Shown here piece after piece: positions 50,540 through 61,048 of a DNA stretch of 64,000 nt. Made by a program: the position numbers and the translations under genes. Positions within the stretch are counted from its first letter, which is position 1. Every line of letters starts with the position of its first letter. Origin of the DNA: Gemmatimonadota bacterium (GTDB taxonomy: Bacteria; Gemmatimonadota; Gemmatimonadetes; Gemmatimonadales; GWC2-71-9); NCBI GenBank assembly GCA_036679605.1, contig JAZDCZ010000409.1:32001-96000 (forward strand). Reading direction: 5' to 3'. The notes under the pieces were generated by a model. That model had not been told where the DNA came from, ran no database searches, and saw only the letters and a list, made by a program, of their open reading frames with translations.

Positions 50540-51579
50540 TAGTGATGCAACACGGCGCCGACCCGAAGCAGATTCAGGCTGTCGTAGATACGATCGAGGC
50601 CCTGGGCTACCAGGCCAGCCCAATGCCGGGCAAACAGCGTACGGCTGTTGGTCTGGTCGGCAACGACGGAAGTGTGGACAGCTCACGACTCGCGGCTATG
50701 GCAGGCGTCAAGGAAATCATCCAAGTAACGCAACCCTACAAGCAAGTTTCACGCGAATGGAAGGCGGAGTCCTCGGTTGTTGAGCTGCCCGGCGGACTGA
50801 CCATCGGCGGTGAAGAGGTAGTCGTAATTGCCGGGCCCTGTTCCGTCGAGTCCGAGTCGCAAATCATTGAGGCAGCGCAGCTGGTGCGTGCTGCAGGCGC
50901 ATCGATACTGCGCGGCGGTGCGTTCAAACCGCGCTCCTCCCCCTACTCGTTTCAGGGACTGGGCGTGGAGGGGCTCAAGCTCCTGGCCAAGGCTCGAGAG
51001 GAGACGGGTCTCTTGGTCGTAACGGAAGCGATGGACCCTGAGGGCATCGAAGTGGTAAGTGAATACACCGATATCATCCAGATTGGTGCACGCAACATGC
51101 AGAATTTTTCGTTGATAAAGCGGGCGGGCAAGTCCGGAAAGCCGGTGCTACTCAAGCGCGGGTTGTCCGCGACCATCACAGAGCTTCTCCTCTCAGCAGA
51201 ATACTTGCTCGCCGAAGGTAATCATGACGTTATCCTGTGCGAGCGAGGAATTCGAGGATTCGACAGCACGACCCGCAATATCTTCGACATTACCGCAATC
51301 CCTGTGGTTCACTCACTCTCACACTTGCCGATAATTGCAGACCCTAGTCACGGCACCGGCCGACGCGATAAAGTCATTCCGATGGCCCGAGCAGCGGTCG
51401 CCGCCGGCGCGGATGGAATCATGGTCGAAGTTCATCCTTCGCCAGAGAACGCCCTCTCGGACGGCGCACAGAGCCTATATCCCGAACAGTTTGCGGAACT
51501 CATGAAACAGGCGAGCGTGATCGCAGAGGCCAGCGGTCGTCGCATCGCCATGCCAATTCCAACACCGGTCAACGCATGA
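50533..51579 (+). CDS. aroF: DAHP synthase (type I-beta, with N-terminal regulatory domain)
   Basis: IAGPCSVE, RGGAFKPR, QIGARNMQNF, LCERGIR, DPSHGTG. Confidence 0.94.
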   Translation: MLIVMQHGADPKQIQAVVDTIEALGYQASPMPGKQRTAVGLVGNDGSVDSSRLAAMAGVKEIIQVTQPYKQVSREWKAESSVVELPGGLTIGGEEVVVIAGPCSVESESQIIEAAQLVRAAGASILRGGAFKPRSSPYSFQGLGVEGLKLLAKAREETGLLVVTEAMDPEGIEVVSEYTDIIQIGARNMQNFSLIKRAGKSGKPVLLKRGLSATITELLLSAEYLLAEGNHDVILCERGIRGFDSTTRNIFDITAIPVVHSLSHLPIIADPSHGTGRRDKVIPMARAAVAAGADGIMVEVHPSPENALSDGAQSLYPEQFAELMKQASVIAEASGRRIAMPIPTPVNA

Positions 51580-52220
51580 GGTGTTTGGCGCTTGCGTTGC
51601 TTTTCGCGTGCGGTGTTCTCGAAGCCCAAGATGCCACCTCGGCGCTCAACAGGGCTGAACGCAAGTACCGTAGCATCGAGACGCTAGAGGCACGCTTTAC
51701 CCAAACGATCGTAAACCCGATGCTCGGCGGGCCGGACACGACCTACGGTGTTTTCTTGTTGGCACCGCCCAACCGATTCGCGATGCGCTTCAGCGACCCG
51801 CCAGGTGACCGCATTGTAGCCGATGGCAGGTGGCTTTGGGCCTACGCTCCGAGCAGCGTCCCGAACCAAGTGTTCAGACAACCGATTCCGAAGCACGGGG
51901 CAGCGACACCGAACCTCTTGGCACAGTTCGTCGACCGGCCACTAGAACACTACCGAGCGACGTACGTCGGCGCAGACTCCGTCGCTGGGGAATTGGTAGA
52001 TATCGTGCACCTGGTGGCTAGGACCAAGAACATTCCGTTTCGAAGTGCGGATATTTCTATTTCACGCACCAGCGGAATGGTCAGGCGGCTGCAGCTCGTC
52101 GAGCCGTCGGGTCAACGACGTACACTCCTGTTTGACGAAATGCGCGAAGGAATCAAGATTCCAGACTCAGAGTTGAGGTTTGACGTTCCCGAGGGAACGC
52201 GTATCGTAACTCCCGACTAG
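51576..52220 (+). CDS. lolA: Outer-membrane lipoprotein carrier LolA family
   Basis: Signal peptide; ARFTQ, PNRF, IVADGRWLWAY.P. Confidence 0.8.
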   Translation: MRCLALALLFACGVLEAQDATSALNRAERKYRSIETLEARFTQTIVNPMLGGPDTTYGVFLLAPPNRFAMRFSDPPGDRIVADGRWLWAYAPSSVPNQVFRQPIPKHGAATPNLLAQFVDRPLEHYRATYVGADSVAGELVDIVHLVARTKNIPFRSADISISRTSGMVRRLQLVEPSGQRRTLLFDEMREGIKIPDSELRFDVPEGTRIVTPD

Positions 52221-53047
52221 GGGCTCAGCTCAGACTCGACTCTGGAGTGATCATCACTGGTCGGACCTATTAAGCGCAGGGCGGCTCTCCCCAACGCCTT
52301 ATACAGTGACGCGTCCTCTTCCGACAATACGGCCAAATTCTTGCGAACCGTGTCAACGTCACCACGCACGATTGGACCGGTAAGAGCACGAGCGGGACCG
52401 TTCTTCCGAATGTTGTCCAGCGTCCCGTGGATCAGTGGCTCGAGGACGCGCCAGGCATCTTCCCCCGGTACTCCGGCATCCTCGATTAAACGAGCCGCCG
52501 TGCCCGCCACAACCACCAAGTAATTTGCCGCGAACACCGCCGCGGCATGATAGAGGCCCTTATTTGCTCCCGTCATGCGGAACGGTTCGAGGCCTACAGC
52601 ACGTGCCAACGCCTCGGCCTGTACCATCGCCCGGTTGTCGCCTTCGATCGCTGCCGCCGCTCCCCGTAATCTCTGGGGGGTGGTCTCGGGGTCGCTCATC
52701 GATTGCAGAGGGTGCAGAGAGCCGAGTGAACAGCCGTGCGAAACAAGCGGGGCCAACACCTTGCAATCCAACGCACCCGACAGATGCAGGACCACGTGCT
52801 TCTCGCTCAGAGCACTGGACTCCGCAAGCTGCTCAGCGACCTTTGCCAACACATCATCGGGCGCCGCCAGAATTACTACGTCGACTGAGGAGATCCATGG
52901 AGGCAGACCTCCAGCGGTCATTTTCAGCGGAGACGGGAGCGTCTTTGATTGACGACCATGGAGCTGCACCTCCACTCCCGCATTGGCGAGCGCCAGGCCG
53001 AACCCGACACCGGCCCGGCCCGATCCTATGATACCTACCGAGATCAT
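52217..53047 (-). CDS. Rossmann-like + DUF2520 oxidoreductase (PanG-like)
   Basis: IIGSGRAG, HLSGA, LHPLQ, YHAAAV, ALTGPIVRGD. Confidence 0.85.
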   Translation of the reverse strand: MISVGIIGSGRAGVGFGLALANAGVEVQLHGRQSKTLPSPLKMTAGGLPPWISSVDVVILAAPDDVLAKVAEQLAESSALSEKHVVLHLSGALDCKVLAPLVSHGCSLGSLHPLQSMSDPETTPQRLRGAAAAIEGDNRAMVQAEALARAVGLEPFRMTGANKGLYHAAAVFAANYLVVVAGTAARLIEDAGVPGEDAWRVLEPLIHGTLDNIRKNGPARALTGPIVRGDVDTVRKNLAVLSEEDASLYKALGRAALRLIGPTSDDHSRVESELSP

Positions 53048-54696
53048 TGGTTTTCGATACTACGCCGCGCTTTCGATTGGACTTCAGCGACAGCGATCAG
53101 TTCGGCCGGAGTATGTACACCATCCAGGAGGCTGAGTGCTCTACCAATCTGGATATCCTCGCGAGCACGGCGTCTGGTCTCCTCGTCACCGCCGAAGACG
53201 TATCGGGCAACCTCGTAGCCGATTTGCCGATCCAACAAAGTCCTGACACCGGCGAACACCGAGTCCGGAACGTCAATTCCACGCATCGCGAGCCGATTCA
53301 TGATTTCGTTCCTCATCGCCCGCGTAACCGTAAAGCCTGGATCACTCACTGAGTTGTTCGCCTTTAGTTCCAGGGAGTACGTGGTGAGAACGTCCCGGTA
53401 ATCCGGGATCTTCGCACCGAGCGACCTCGTAAAGGCGGCCTCGAGATCGGTCAGTGGCTCGAACCTGACGGTCACGTCAGGCCGGATTCCGCCACCACCC
53501 ACCACTTCTCGCCCGCCATCCGTATGGAAGACCTGGCTCGGATCGACCAAACTCGTATCTGTTGATCGATCTCGTTCTTGCTCTTCCCGACCGCCAACGA
53601 TCCGGAGCGACCCGTCCACTCGTCTGATAGGACGCTGTATCGTTCTACCGCTGGGGGTAAACCAATGTCCGGTTGTGATCTGTAGCGCATGACGTGGGCC
53701 CATGGCAAAGACGGTTTGCACGAGCCCCTTTCCGAACGTCGGCGTTCCCAAGACGACCGCACGGTCGTGGTCCTGGAGTGCCCCGGCAAATATCTCTGCG
53801 GCGCTCGCAGTCCCGCCGTTAACGAGAACTACTATCGGCATTTCCGGCCACTTCTGCTGCTTGCTGGCTCGGTATGTCTGAGAGGAGTTGGAATCCCGGC
53901 CGCGACTATCTACCACCACTTGATTCTTGTCCAGGAAGAGGTCAGTCAGGGCTACGCCCTGGTTGAGCAGCCCTCCCGGATTATTCCGTAGATCGAGTAT
54001 CAAGCTGCGCGCTCCTGCCTCTCGGAGTTCCTCGACCGATCGCGATACTTCATCGGTAACGGTCTCACTGATCGTGGCATAGGACAGAGAAACGTAGCCC
54101 ACTCCCTCCCCAAGCATCATCGCTGAGCGCACCGAACTTACGTGAATCGTTGCCCGCTCGAGGGTGAACTCAATCGTCTCCGGAACGCCAGGACGCCGGA
54201 TACCAACGCGAACCTCACTACCGGGCTCGCCACGCAGCTCAGAAACCGCCCTATCGTTCCTCCACCCAAATGTCGACACTCCCTCTACCTCGACTATCCG
54301 GTCACCCGACTCGATTCCGGCAGCCTCTGCTGGGCTTGACGCCATTGGCGCGATGACGGTGATCCAGCCATCCCGCACGTCGATCTGCATGCCCAATCCA
54401 CCGTAGTTTCCACTGGTTCGCTCCGAAAGTTCATCGAAATCTTTCGGTCTGAGAAAATCTGCGTACGGATCGTTGAGTTCTCCGATAAGCCCGTCTATTG
54501 CCAGGTCATACAACTGTTGCTCTGAAACAGAATCGACTGCGTACTGTGCAATGTGCGCCAGAACGTTCTCGAACAACCGGGCCTTTGCGTACACCTCGCT
54601 GGCCTGTGATGTCCCGCGCTGCAACAACCATCCTCCCGAAAGGAAGGAGACAAAGCCGACGACGACTATAACTAGCACTCTCTTCTTCTTCATCAT
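53044..54696 (-). CDS. S41 carboxyl-terminal protease
   Basis: PDZ (YGGLG), DLRNNPGG, TASAAEI, TFGKGLVQ. Confidence 0.93.
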   Translation of the reverse strand: MMKKKRVLVIVVVGFVSFLSGGWLLQRGTSQASEVYAKARLFENVLAHIAQYAVDSVSEQQLYDLAIDGLIGELNDPYADFLRPKDFDELSERTSGNYGGLGMQIDVRDGWITVIAPMASSPAEAAGIESGDRIVEVEGVSTFGWRNDRAVSELRGEPGSEVRVGIRRPGVPETIEFTLERATIHVSSVRSAMMLGEGVGYVSLSYATISETVTDEVSRSVEELREAGARSLILDLRNNPGGLLNQGVALTDLFLDKNQVVVDSRGRDSNSSQTYRASKQQKWPEMPIVVLVNGGTASAAEIFAGALQDHDRAVVLGTPTFGKGLVQTVFAMGPRHALQITTGHWFTPSGRTIQRPIRRVDGSLRIVGGREEQERDRSTDTSLVDPSQVFHTDGGREVVGGGGIRPDVTVRFEPLTDLEAAFTRSLGAKIPDYRDVLTTYSLELKANNSVSDPGFTVTRAMRNEIMNRLAMRGIDVPDSVFAGVRTLLDRQIGYEVARYVFGGDEETRRRAREDIQIGRALSLLDGVHTPAELIAVAEVQSKARRSIENQ

Positions 54697-54726
54697 TTGC
54701 CTCCACTTAGAAGGGGGTCGTCGCGA

Positions 54727-55344
54727 CTAACTCCCGTTCAGATGTGACTTGACCAGGCTCCACGCTTCTGCCTCGACCTGATCGGCACTGCGGGTGGCAT
54801 CCAAATGGAAGATGCCCGGCCCGGCGGCGGTGCGGAAAGCGCGATCTACACGGTGATGGACCTCGTCATCGGCAGACTCAATTCTATCGGGCTTGGCACC
54901 TGCCCCAATGCGCCTCTCGAGCGTCACCTCCAGCGGAGCGTCGAGCACAATGGTCATGTCAGGCGCGAGCCCCCCTGTTGCCAAACGATTCGCCGCAAGC
55001 ACCGGATCACGGGGTAACTGCCGACCCTCCACTTGGTAAGCCTCCGTCGACAGTTCGTATCGGTCTCCCAGGACAATTTTGCCGGCATCTAGAGCAGGCT
55101 TGATGACGCGAGCCACGAGATCGGCTCGTGCGGCCAAGTAGAGAAACACTTCGGCCAGCGGCGCGGTGTCGAGTGCCGGATCGAGCACCGTTCTGCGCGC
55201 AGCCTCGGCCATGGGTGTACCTCCCGGTTCCCTGACCTCCACTACATCGTGGCCTGCATCCCGCAAACGCTCGCCCAAGCGAGTCGCCAATGTGGTCTTC
55301 CCGATGCCGTCGGCACCCTCAACTACTATGAACACACCGGCCAT
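54727..55344 (-). CDS. tmk: Thymidylate kinase
   Basis: EGADGIGKTT, REPGGT, DRY, AYQ. Confidence 0.94.
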   Translation of the reverse strand: MAGVFIVVEGADGIGKTTLATRLGERLRDAGHDVVEVREPGGTPMAEAARRTVLDPALDTAPLAEVFLYLAARADLVARVIKPALDAGKIVLGDRYELSTEAYQVEGRQLPRDPVLAANRLATGGLAPDMTIVLDAPLEVTLERRIGAGAKPDRIESADDEVHHRVDRAFRTAAGPGIFHLDATRSADQVEAEAWSLVKSHLNGS

Positions 55345-55354
55345 ACCTACGGGT

Positions 55355-55708
55355 TCAACCTAGTGTAATGATCGGACTCTCGGAGCCCTTCTTCATACCG
55401 TCCATGATGCGCTCATTGACTCGCACCATGAGTTTCTCGAAATTCGCTTGAGCCGAGATCATCTGCTGATAGCGTGAATCAGTCTGAATTTTGGAGAGCA
55501 GCTCCTCATATTCAGCTGCACGATCCTTGGGCGGCTCCTTCCCTAACCTCACCTGCTCTTCCAACTCTTCCGCCAAACGCTCCATTCTCTGCAACAGGGC
55601 ACTAAGCTCTGACGCCTGTTCCATCAGTTCGCGCGCCTTCTTCACTGCCTTGTAGTCATCGCTCTGCCCGATCTGCCGGCCGAGTTCAACCGCTTTCTCG
55701 TAGATCAC
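55355..55708 (-). CDS. YlbF/YmcA-like all-helical protein
   Basis: [32 protein letters not shown] pattern. Confidence 0.75.
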   Translation of the reverse strand: MIYEKAVELGRQIGQSDDYKAVKKARELMEQASELSALLQRMERLAEELEEQVRLGKEPPKDRAAEYEELLSKIQTDSRYQQMISAQANFEKLMVRVNERIMDGMKKGSESPIITLG

Positions 55709-56583
55709 CGCGACTCCCTTGTTGCAAAGACAAAGCGCGAACGCCCGAAAAGATCGGATTCAATTCGCGCATTTTCCCACCCGCTGTCGATTGCCAGCTC
55801 AAGTGTACGTTCCGCTCTCGTTGAATCTAGCTCAAACGCGACGAGCCCGCCCGGATTAAGACAATCCGTCGCGGTTTCGAATAACTCCCGCAAATGATGC
55901 AGCCCATCCGGTCCACCCACAAGCGCTTCGCGAGGCTCATAATCTCTGATTTCGCGCCCCAACGATTCGTATTCGGCCTCAGTGATGTAGGGCGGGTTCG
56001 ACACGATCACATCGAAAGTCTCCCTTTCCAAGGCATCGAGCAAATGTCCCGACTTCAGTTCGATAGACGTTCGGGAAGACACGGCTGCAACGTTGTCGGC
56101 AGCGACTTGTAGGGCATTCGCCCATCGATCAGTGGCGACGATCCTGGAGAACGATCCCTCGCACGCCAGACTCAGAGCAATACAGCCACTGCCCGTTCCG
56201 ATGTCCGCAGCACTGCCCCACGGCTCATCACCCCAACGAAGTCTCGCCCAATCTAGTACGTGACCGACCAGGCTCTCTGTCTCGGGCCGCGGAATGAGGA
56301 CTCTGCGATCGACCGATAGGTCCAGGTGCCGGAAGCCTGCCGTACCAACCACATAACATCGCGGCTCACCCTCAGAGCGTTGCCTTATCGCGATTCGAAA
56401 GCTGTCGCACTGCCTCTCATCCGCCACGTCATCGCCCAGCAGAAACACCTCACCTACCTGAACGCCGGCCAGATCGGCCCAGATGGCAGTCGCCTCGCGC
56501 CTCGCACTCGATATACCCGCATTGTGCAAAGTACGAGCGGCGTCGCCCACCGCCTCAGCAATAGAGGTCTCCGTCCTGATCAA
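55705..56583 (-). CDS. prmC: Release factor glutamine methyltransferase
   Basis: [23 protein letters not shown]; follows prfA. Confidence 0.95.
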   Translation of the reverse strand: MIRTETSIAEAVGDAARTLHNAGISSARREATAIWADLAGVQVGEVFLLGDDVADERQCDSFRIAIRQRSEGEPRCYVVGTAGFRHLDLSVDRRVLIPRPETESLVGHVLDWARLRWGDEPWGSAADIGTGSGCIALSLACEGSFSRIVATDRWANALQVAADNVAAVSSRTSIELKSGHLLDALERETFDVIVSNPPYITEAEYESLGREIRDYEPREALVGGPDGLHHLRELFETATDCLNPGGLVAFELDSTRAERTLELAIDSGWENARIESDLFGRSRFVFATRESR

Positions 56584-57538
56584 GTGGCTATCTGCTCTCC
56601 CTCGTAGGCAAGACGGAGTGCGTCAATAATTTCGTCTAAGTCGCCCGTCAGAACGCTGTCCAGTGAATGGACCGTCATATTGATGCGATGGTCTGTTACA
56701 CGATTCTGGGGAAAGTTGTAGGTGCGGATCTTGGCAGACCGATCTCCCGTACCAACCATCGCTCGCCGCTCTTGACTCCGCGAAGCCTCCTGCTCAGCCA
56801 CTAGACGGTCCAGCAGGCGGGCTCGCAGCACCTCCATCGCCTTGATCTTGTTCTGCAGCTGGGATTTCTGATCTTGGCATTGAACCACCACATTAGTCGG
56901 CAGATGCGTTATGCGAACCGCACTATCGGTCGTATTGACGCTTTGGCCACCGGGACCCGAGGATCGAAACACATCGATCTTAAGATCCTTCTCGTCGATG
57001 CCTACATCCACCTCTTCTGCTTCCGGCAGAACCGCTACGGTGGCTGCCGACGTATGGATGCGACCCTGCGCCTCTGTTGCCGGCACGCGCTGCACCCTGT
57101 GAACACCGGACTCATGTCTCAGATGCCCGTATGCACTTGGTCCTTTAACCATGAAGGCCACCTCCCTCAAACCACCTACGTTGCCTTCCGACAGCGATAC
57201 GGGATCGAGGGTCCACCCCCGGCGCTCAACGTAGCGCATATACATGCGGTACAGATCTGCCGCGAATAGGGCCGCTTCATCTCCTCCGGTACCGGCCCGA
57301 ATCTCCACGATAGTATTGCGGTCATTGAGTGGATCTGGTGGCACAAGCAGCTGACGTACCTGGCGTTCGAGACTCTCCACTTCTGGTGCGAGCCGCTGCA
57401 TATCATTCCGAGCCAGCTCGGCCTGTACTCTCGACCAAGCGTCTTGAGCATAGCCGAATCGCGCGTGGTGGCAGGGTCCGCCAGCTGTCGCTCTATGTCC
57501 GCCACGCGCTCGAGCGCGGCCTTGAGCCGCGCCTCCAT
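56580..57538 (-). pseudogene. prfA: Peptide chain release factor 1 with apparent internal deletion and frameshift near 57420
   Basis: N-terminus MEARL..LGREY is in one frame; [23 protein letters not shown] (PxT)..GGQ is in another. Confidence 0.88.
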
Positions 57539-57541
57539 GGA

Positions 57542-57763
57542 TTACTCCGCGGCGGCCGGCTGGCCCTGCTTGGAGTACCGCTGGCGGAAACGCTCCACGC
57601 GCCCCGCGGTGTCTACAAGCTTCTGCTTGCCTGTAAAAAAAGGGTGGCAGTGAGCGCAGATCTCAACATGGATTTCCGACATCGTCGAGCGGGTCTCAAA
57701 CGTATTGCCGCATGCACACTTGGCAACGGCAAGCTCGTAAGTGGGATGTATGCCTTCTTTCAC
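57542..57763 (-). CDS. rpmE: 50S ribosomal protein L31
   Basis: [26 protein letters not shown]. Confidence 0.97.
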   Translation of the reverse strand: MKEGIHPTYELAVAKCACGNTFETRSTMSEIHVEICAHCHPFFTGKQKLVDTAGRVERFRQRYSKQGQPAAAE

Positions 57764-57851
57764 TGCTCTTCTCCAAAAATAATGTGTATATAAGACCGCG
57801 AAATATAACTGGCCGTTAGACTTGCAGGCAAGCGACCCGATCTAACATCGA

Positions 57852-57880
57852 TTGACAGCCCCACTGGCCTAGATTAATCT
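57852..57880 (+). promoter_or_regulatory. Putative sigma70 promoter of the Crp gene
   Basis: TTGACA-17 bp-TAATCT, 29 bp before ATG 57910. Confidence 0.5.
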
Positions 57881-57909
57881 TGGAGTCCAATTTTGCCGGA
57901 TACCTGCCA

Positions 57910-58581
57910 ATGTCGGTGGAGCAAACCCTCCGCAGTGTTCCCCTCTTTGCGGATCTGAACGATGACGAGATGGACAGGCTCTGTCGCACAATGCGGACGA
58001 AGAGCTATCCCAAGAACAGTGTGATCGTCTTCGAGGATGATCCGGGTGACGCCCTATATGTGGTGAGCAGCGGACAGGTGAAGGTCGTGTTGATTGGCGA
58101 GGACGGGCGCGAAGTCATCCTCTCCGTGTTGGGTGAGGGCGATTTTTTTGGAGAGATGGCTCTAATTGACGATCAACCCAGATCCGCACACGTGATGGCG
58201 ATGGAGGACTCCAAAGTACTTGTCCTCTATCGAGACGACTTTCATCGCTGCCTCGAAGAAGCTCCACGGATGGCCCTCGGATTGCTGCGACAGCTTTCCC
58301 GCCGACTGCGTAGTGCAGATGACAAGATTGGGGGACTGGTCCTGCTTGACGTTCCCGGCCGCGTTGCACGCATATTGATTCAGCTAGCCGATGAAGGAGA
58401 CGGGGTTGTGATCAGCCGCCGCATTACGCATCACACCCTCGCGCAGATGGTCGGATCCAGTCGAGAAACCGTCTCTCGGACCATCAAGGATCTATCGACC
58501 AACGGCCTGGTCGCGGTCACCAAATCAACCATCGAAATCCAAGATCGCGCGCGACTCGAGACGTTGGGCGGACTGACGTGA
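57910..58581 (+). CDS. Crp/Fnr-family regulator (cNMP-binding)
   Basis: FFGEMAL..PRSA; HTH LAQMVGSSRETVSR. Confidence 0.93.
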   Translation: MSVEQTLRSVPLFADLNDDEMDRLCRTMRTKSYPKNSVIVFEDDPGDALYVVSSGQVKVVLIGEDGREVILSVLGEGDFFGEMALIDDQPRSAHVMAMEDSKVLVLYRDDFHRCLEEAPRMALGLLRQLSRRLRSADDKIGGLVLLDVPGRVARILIQLADEGDGVVISRRITHHTLAQMVGSSRETVSRTIKDLSTNGLVAVTKSTIEIQDRARLETLGGLT

Positions 58582-58670
58582 GCCAGGTCACGGCAACCGC
58601 GTGATCAAGTGACTTGCCGTCGGCTCCTTCCTAGCGATACCTTGAGATCACCTATGACTAACCAGAGAAC

Positions 58671-59546
58671 ATGGCGTTTACAGTAAGGTTCTGGGGCGCC
58701 CGGGGATCTATACCCACCCCGGGACCGCTCACCAGCCGTTACGGGGGGAACACGCCGTGTCTCTCGGTGGAGGGTGACAATGGGACCTCGGGAAGCCGAG
58801 TGATCCTGGACGCCGGTACGGGCATCCGGTTGCTCGGTAAGGAGCTGATTGAACGGACCGCTGGGACGGTGAGTGTGGACCTCCTGCTGAGCCATACGCA
58901 TTGGGATCACATACAAGGGTTACCGTTCTTCGCTCCGTTCTTTGGAGCCGGCAACCAAATACGCATCTGGGGACCGCCGCAGGGTAAAGTTGGACTGGAG
59001 AAGATTATGCGACTCCTGATGGATCCAGTAGTGTTTCCGGTGCCGCTCGATAAGTTGGCGGCCGAGCTGAGCATAACGCATGTTGAGTCGCAAGACGTTG
59101 ATATTGATGGCTTTACAATACGTACGGTGCGGCTGCGCCATCCCGGCCACACCCTGGGGTACCGCCTGACTCCACGGGATGGAGGCGCGAGTTTTGCTTA
59201 CATAACTGACAATGAACTGGGACCTGGGGGCGACTATGACGTGGGCCCGGCGTGGAGACAGGAGCTAGTCGATTTTCTGTCGGGTGCGGAGGTGATGGTC
59301 CACGATGCGATGTATACGCCCGCCGAACTGGACGGGCATCGTGGCTGGGGTCATTCATCGAACCACGAGGCCGTCGCCCTAGCTCAAGACGCTGGGGTGG
59401 GTAGATTGGTATTGTTTCACCATCTCCCGGAACACAGCGACGAGGACATGGACAAGTTTGTACAGGAAGCGCGGATTACAGCAGACGGACTGGGCCAGCC
59501 GCTGGAAGTGATTGCGGCCACGGAAGGTCTAGAACTGACGCTTTGA
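58671..59546 (+). CDS. MBL-fold metallo-hydrolase
   Basis: FWGARGSIP, YGGNTPC, LDAGTG, HTHWDHIQGLPFF, GWGHS, LFHH. Confidence 0.88.
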   Translation: MAFTVRFWGARGSIPTPGPLTSRYGGNTPCLSVEGDNGTSGSRVILDAGTGIRLLGKELIERTAGTVSVDLLLSHTHWDHIQGLPFFAPFFGAGNQIRIWGPPQGKVGLEKIMRLLMDPVVFPVPLDKLAAELSITHVESQDVDIDGFTIRTVRLRHPGHTLGYRLTPRDGGASFAYITDNELGPGGDYDVGPAWRQELVDFLSGAEVMVHDAMYTPAELDGHRGWGHSSNHEAVALAQDAGVGRLVLFHHLPEHSDEDMDKFVQEARITADGLGQPLEVIAATEGLELTL

Positions 59547-59560
59547 GAGAGGATAAAACT

Positions 59561-60253
59561 ATGAAGTGGCGCTCAGCTTTTGCCCTGCTTCTCGCCGCTG
59601 CGTTTGCGGCGCCGCAGTTGGCGGCGGCACAGGACACTCGACCAGGCATTGGAGTACTGCCGTTTGAGAATGGGGGGTCGATCGGAGTCGACCGAGAGGA
59701 CTTGGAGGCATTCAGCGTTGGCCTACAGCAAATGCTGATTACCGAGTTGGCCTTCAATGGTGAGCTTCGGATCGTAGACCGAACCAATCTGCACCAGCTA
59801 ATGGAGGAGCAAGACCTGGGAGCCGCAGGCCGGGTGAGTGCTGAAACGGCCGCCAGAATCGGCAAGATTGTTGGAGCCAAGTACATGATCCTTGGCGGCT
59901 TCATCGACTTCAACGCCCAACTGCGGATCGATGCCCGGGTGGTCGATGTCGAGACGACCGAGATCATCAAGGTCCAACGACAGCGCGACAAGCGTGATAA
60001 CATGTACGAGATTGTGGTGGACTTGGCAAACAATCTCACCAAGGGCCTTGAGTTGCCGGCGCTCTCTCGGCAGGCGTTCAACCAGCGCAAGGAGCGCAAG
60101 GTCCCGTCGAAGGCAGTCAAGTTGTACATGAAGGGTCTGGTTTACCAGAACATCGGTAACAACGAAAAGGCTGCCGAGCTGTTCAGCCAAGCTTCCGAGA
60201 TCTTCCCCGAGTACACGGAAGCCAAGGAAGCACTCAAGCAAACCAAGAGTTAG
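59561..60253 (+). CDS. Exported CsgG/HfaB-like protein with C-terminal TPR-like helices
   Basis: Signal peptide AAA|Q; VLPFEN, IVDR..L..LMEEQDL, AARIGKIVGA, DARVVDVET. Confidence 0.8.
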   Translation: MKWRSAFALLLAAAFAAPQLAAAQDTRPGIGVLPFENGGSIGVDREDLEAFSVGLQQMLITELAFNGELRIVDRTNLHQLMEEQDLGAAGRVSAETAARIGKIVGAKYMILGGFIDFNAQLRIDARVVDVETTEIIKVQRQRDKRDNMYEIVVDLANNLTKGLELPALSRQAFNQRKERKVPSKAVKLYMKGLVYQNIGNNEKAAELFSQASEIFPEYTEAKEALKQTKS

Positions 60254-60265
60254 CGCGCTAGACGT

Positions 60266-61048
60266 GTGCTGACTCCAGTAGCCGCGCTCGGAGGTCGTCT
60301 AATCCGTGCCATTGCCCAGTTTGGGGCAATGGCACGGTTTTGCGTAGGATCCATTGTCAGCTGGCGTTGGTTACCCAAGGCCGGCCGTAGGGTCGTTCTC
60401 AGAGTCCTATTCAAGCAAGTTTGGTTTACAGCGGTTCAGGCAATCCCGGTAGTGGTAATCCTGGCCGGCATCCTTAGCTTCTTGCTCATCTCCCAGGCGA
60501 TCCGTGAACTCGGCCGACTGGGAGCGACGGAGTTGATTGGACGGTTAGTGGTGGTCGCCATCATACGCGAGCTTGGCCCGCTGGTCACCGCACTCATCGT
60601 GACCGGCCGGTCTGGGACGGCAATTGCCGCCGAACTCGCTACCAATAAGGTGATGGGAGAAGTTAGATCCCTTGAGAGCATGGGCATCGACCCCGCCCAT
60701 TACCTGATCCTCCCCCGCTTCGGTGGCGCGATCGTGTCGATGTTTGGACTGATAATCGTGTTCGACCTGGTCGCAGTCATGGCAGGCCTGGTAGCGGCCA
60801 CCTTCAACAACATGACCAGTGGAACATACTTTGAGATTGTGCTCAACAGTCTGGCGTTCCAGGATGTTTGGCTCACTCTCGCCAAGGGACTGATGTTCGG
60901 CATTATTGTCGGGGTGATCCCGAGTTTTCACGGCCTCTCGGTGCATCGCGCCGCAACGGAGGTTCCAGTTGCGGCAAGCCGCGCTGTGGTGGCGAGTATC
61001 ATCGCCATCTTCCTTACCTCTGGACTTTTTGTCGCAGTGAGCCTCTGA
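60266..61048 (+). CDS. MlaE-family ABC permease
   Basis: RELGPLVTALIVTGRSGTAIAAEL, GIDP..YLILPR, KGLMFG, VPVAASRAVV. Confidence 0.92.
   Translation: MLTPVAALGGRLIRAIAQFGAMARFCVGSIVSWRWLPKAGRRVVLRVLFKQVWFTAVQAIPVVVILAGILSFLLISQAIRELGRLGATELIGRLVVVAIIRELGPLVTALIVTGRSGTAIAAELATNKVMGEVRSLESMGIDPAHYLILPRFGGAIVSMFGLIIVFDLVAVMAGLVAATFNNMTSGTYFEIVLNSLAFQDVWLTLAKGLMFGIIVGVIPSFHGLSVHRAATEVPVAASRAVVASIIAIFLTSGLFVAVSL

Noticed and set aside
57400..57440. prfB-style programmed frameshift in prfA
   Set aside because: No CTT-TGA site or stop at the junction, the shift needed is -1, and coding sequence is missing.
58582..58670. CRP box between the Crp and MBL genes
   Set aside because: No TGTGA-N6-TCACA match; only a short ACGGCAA/TTGCCGT inverted repeat.
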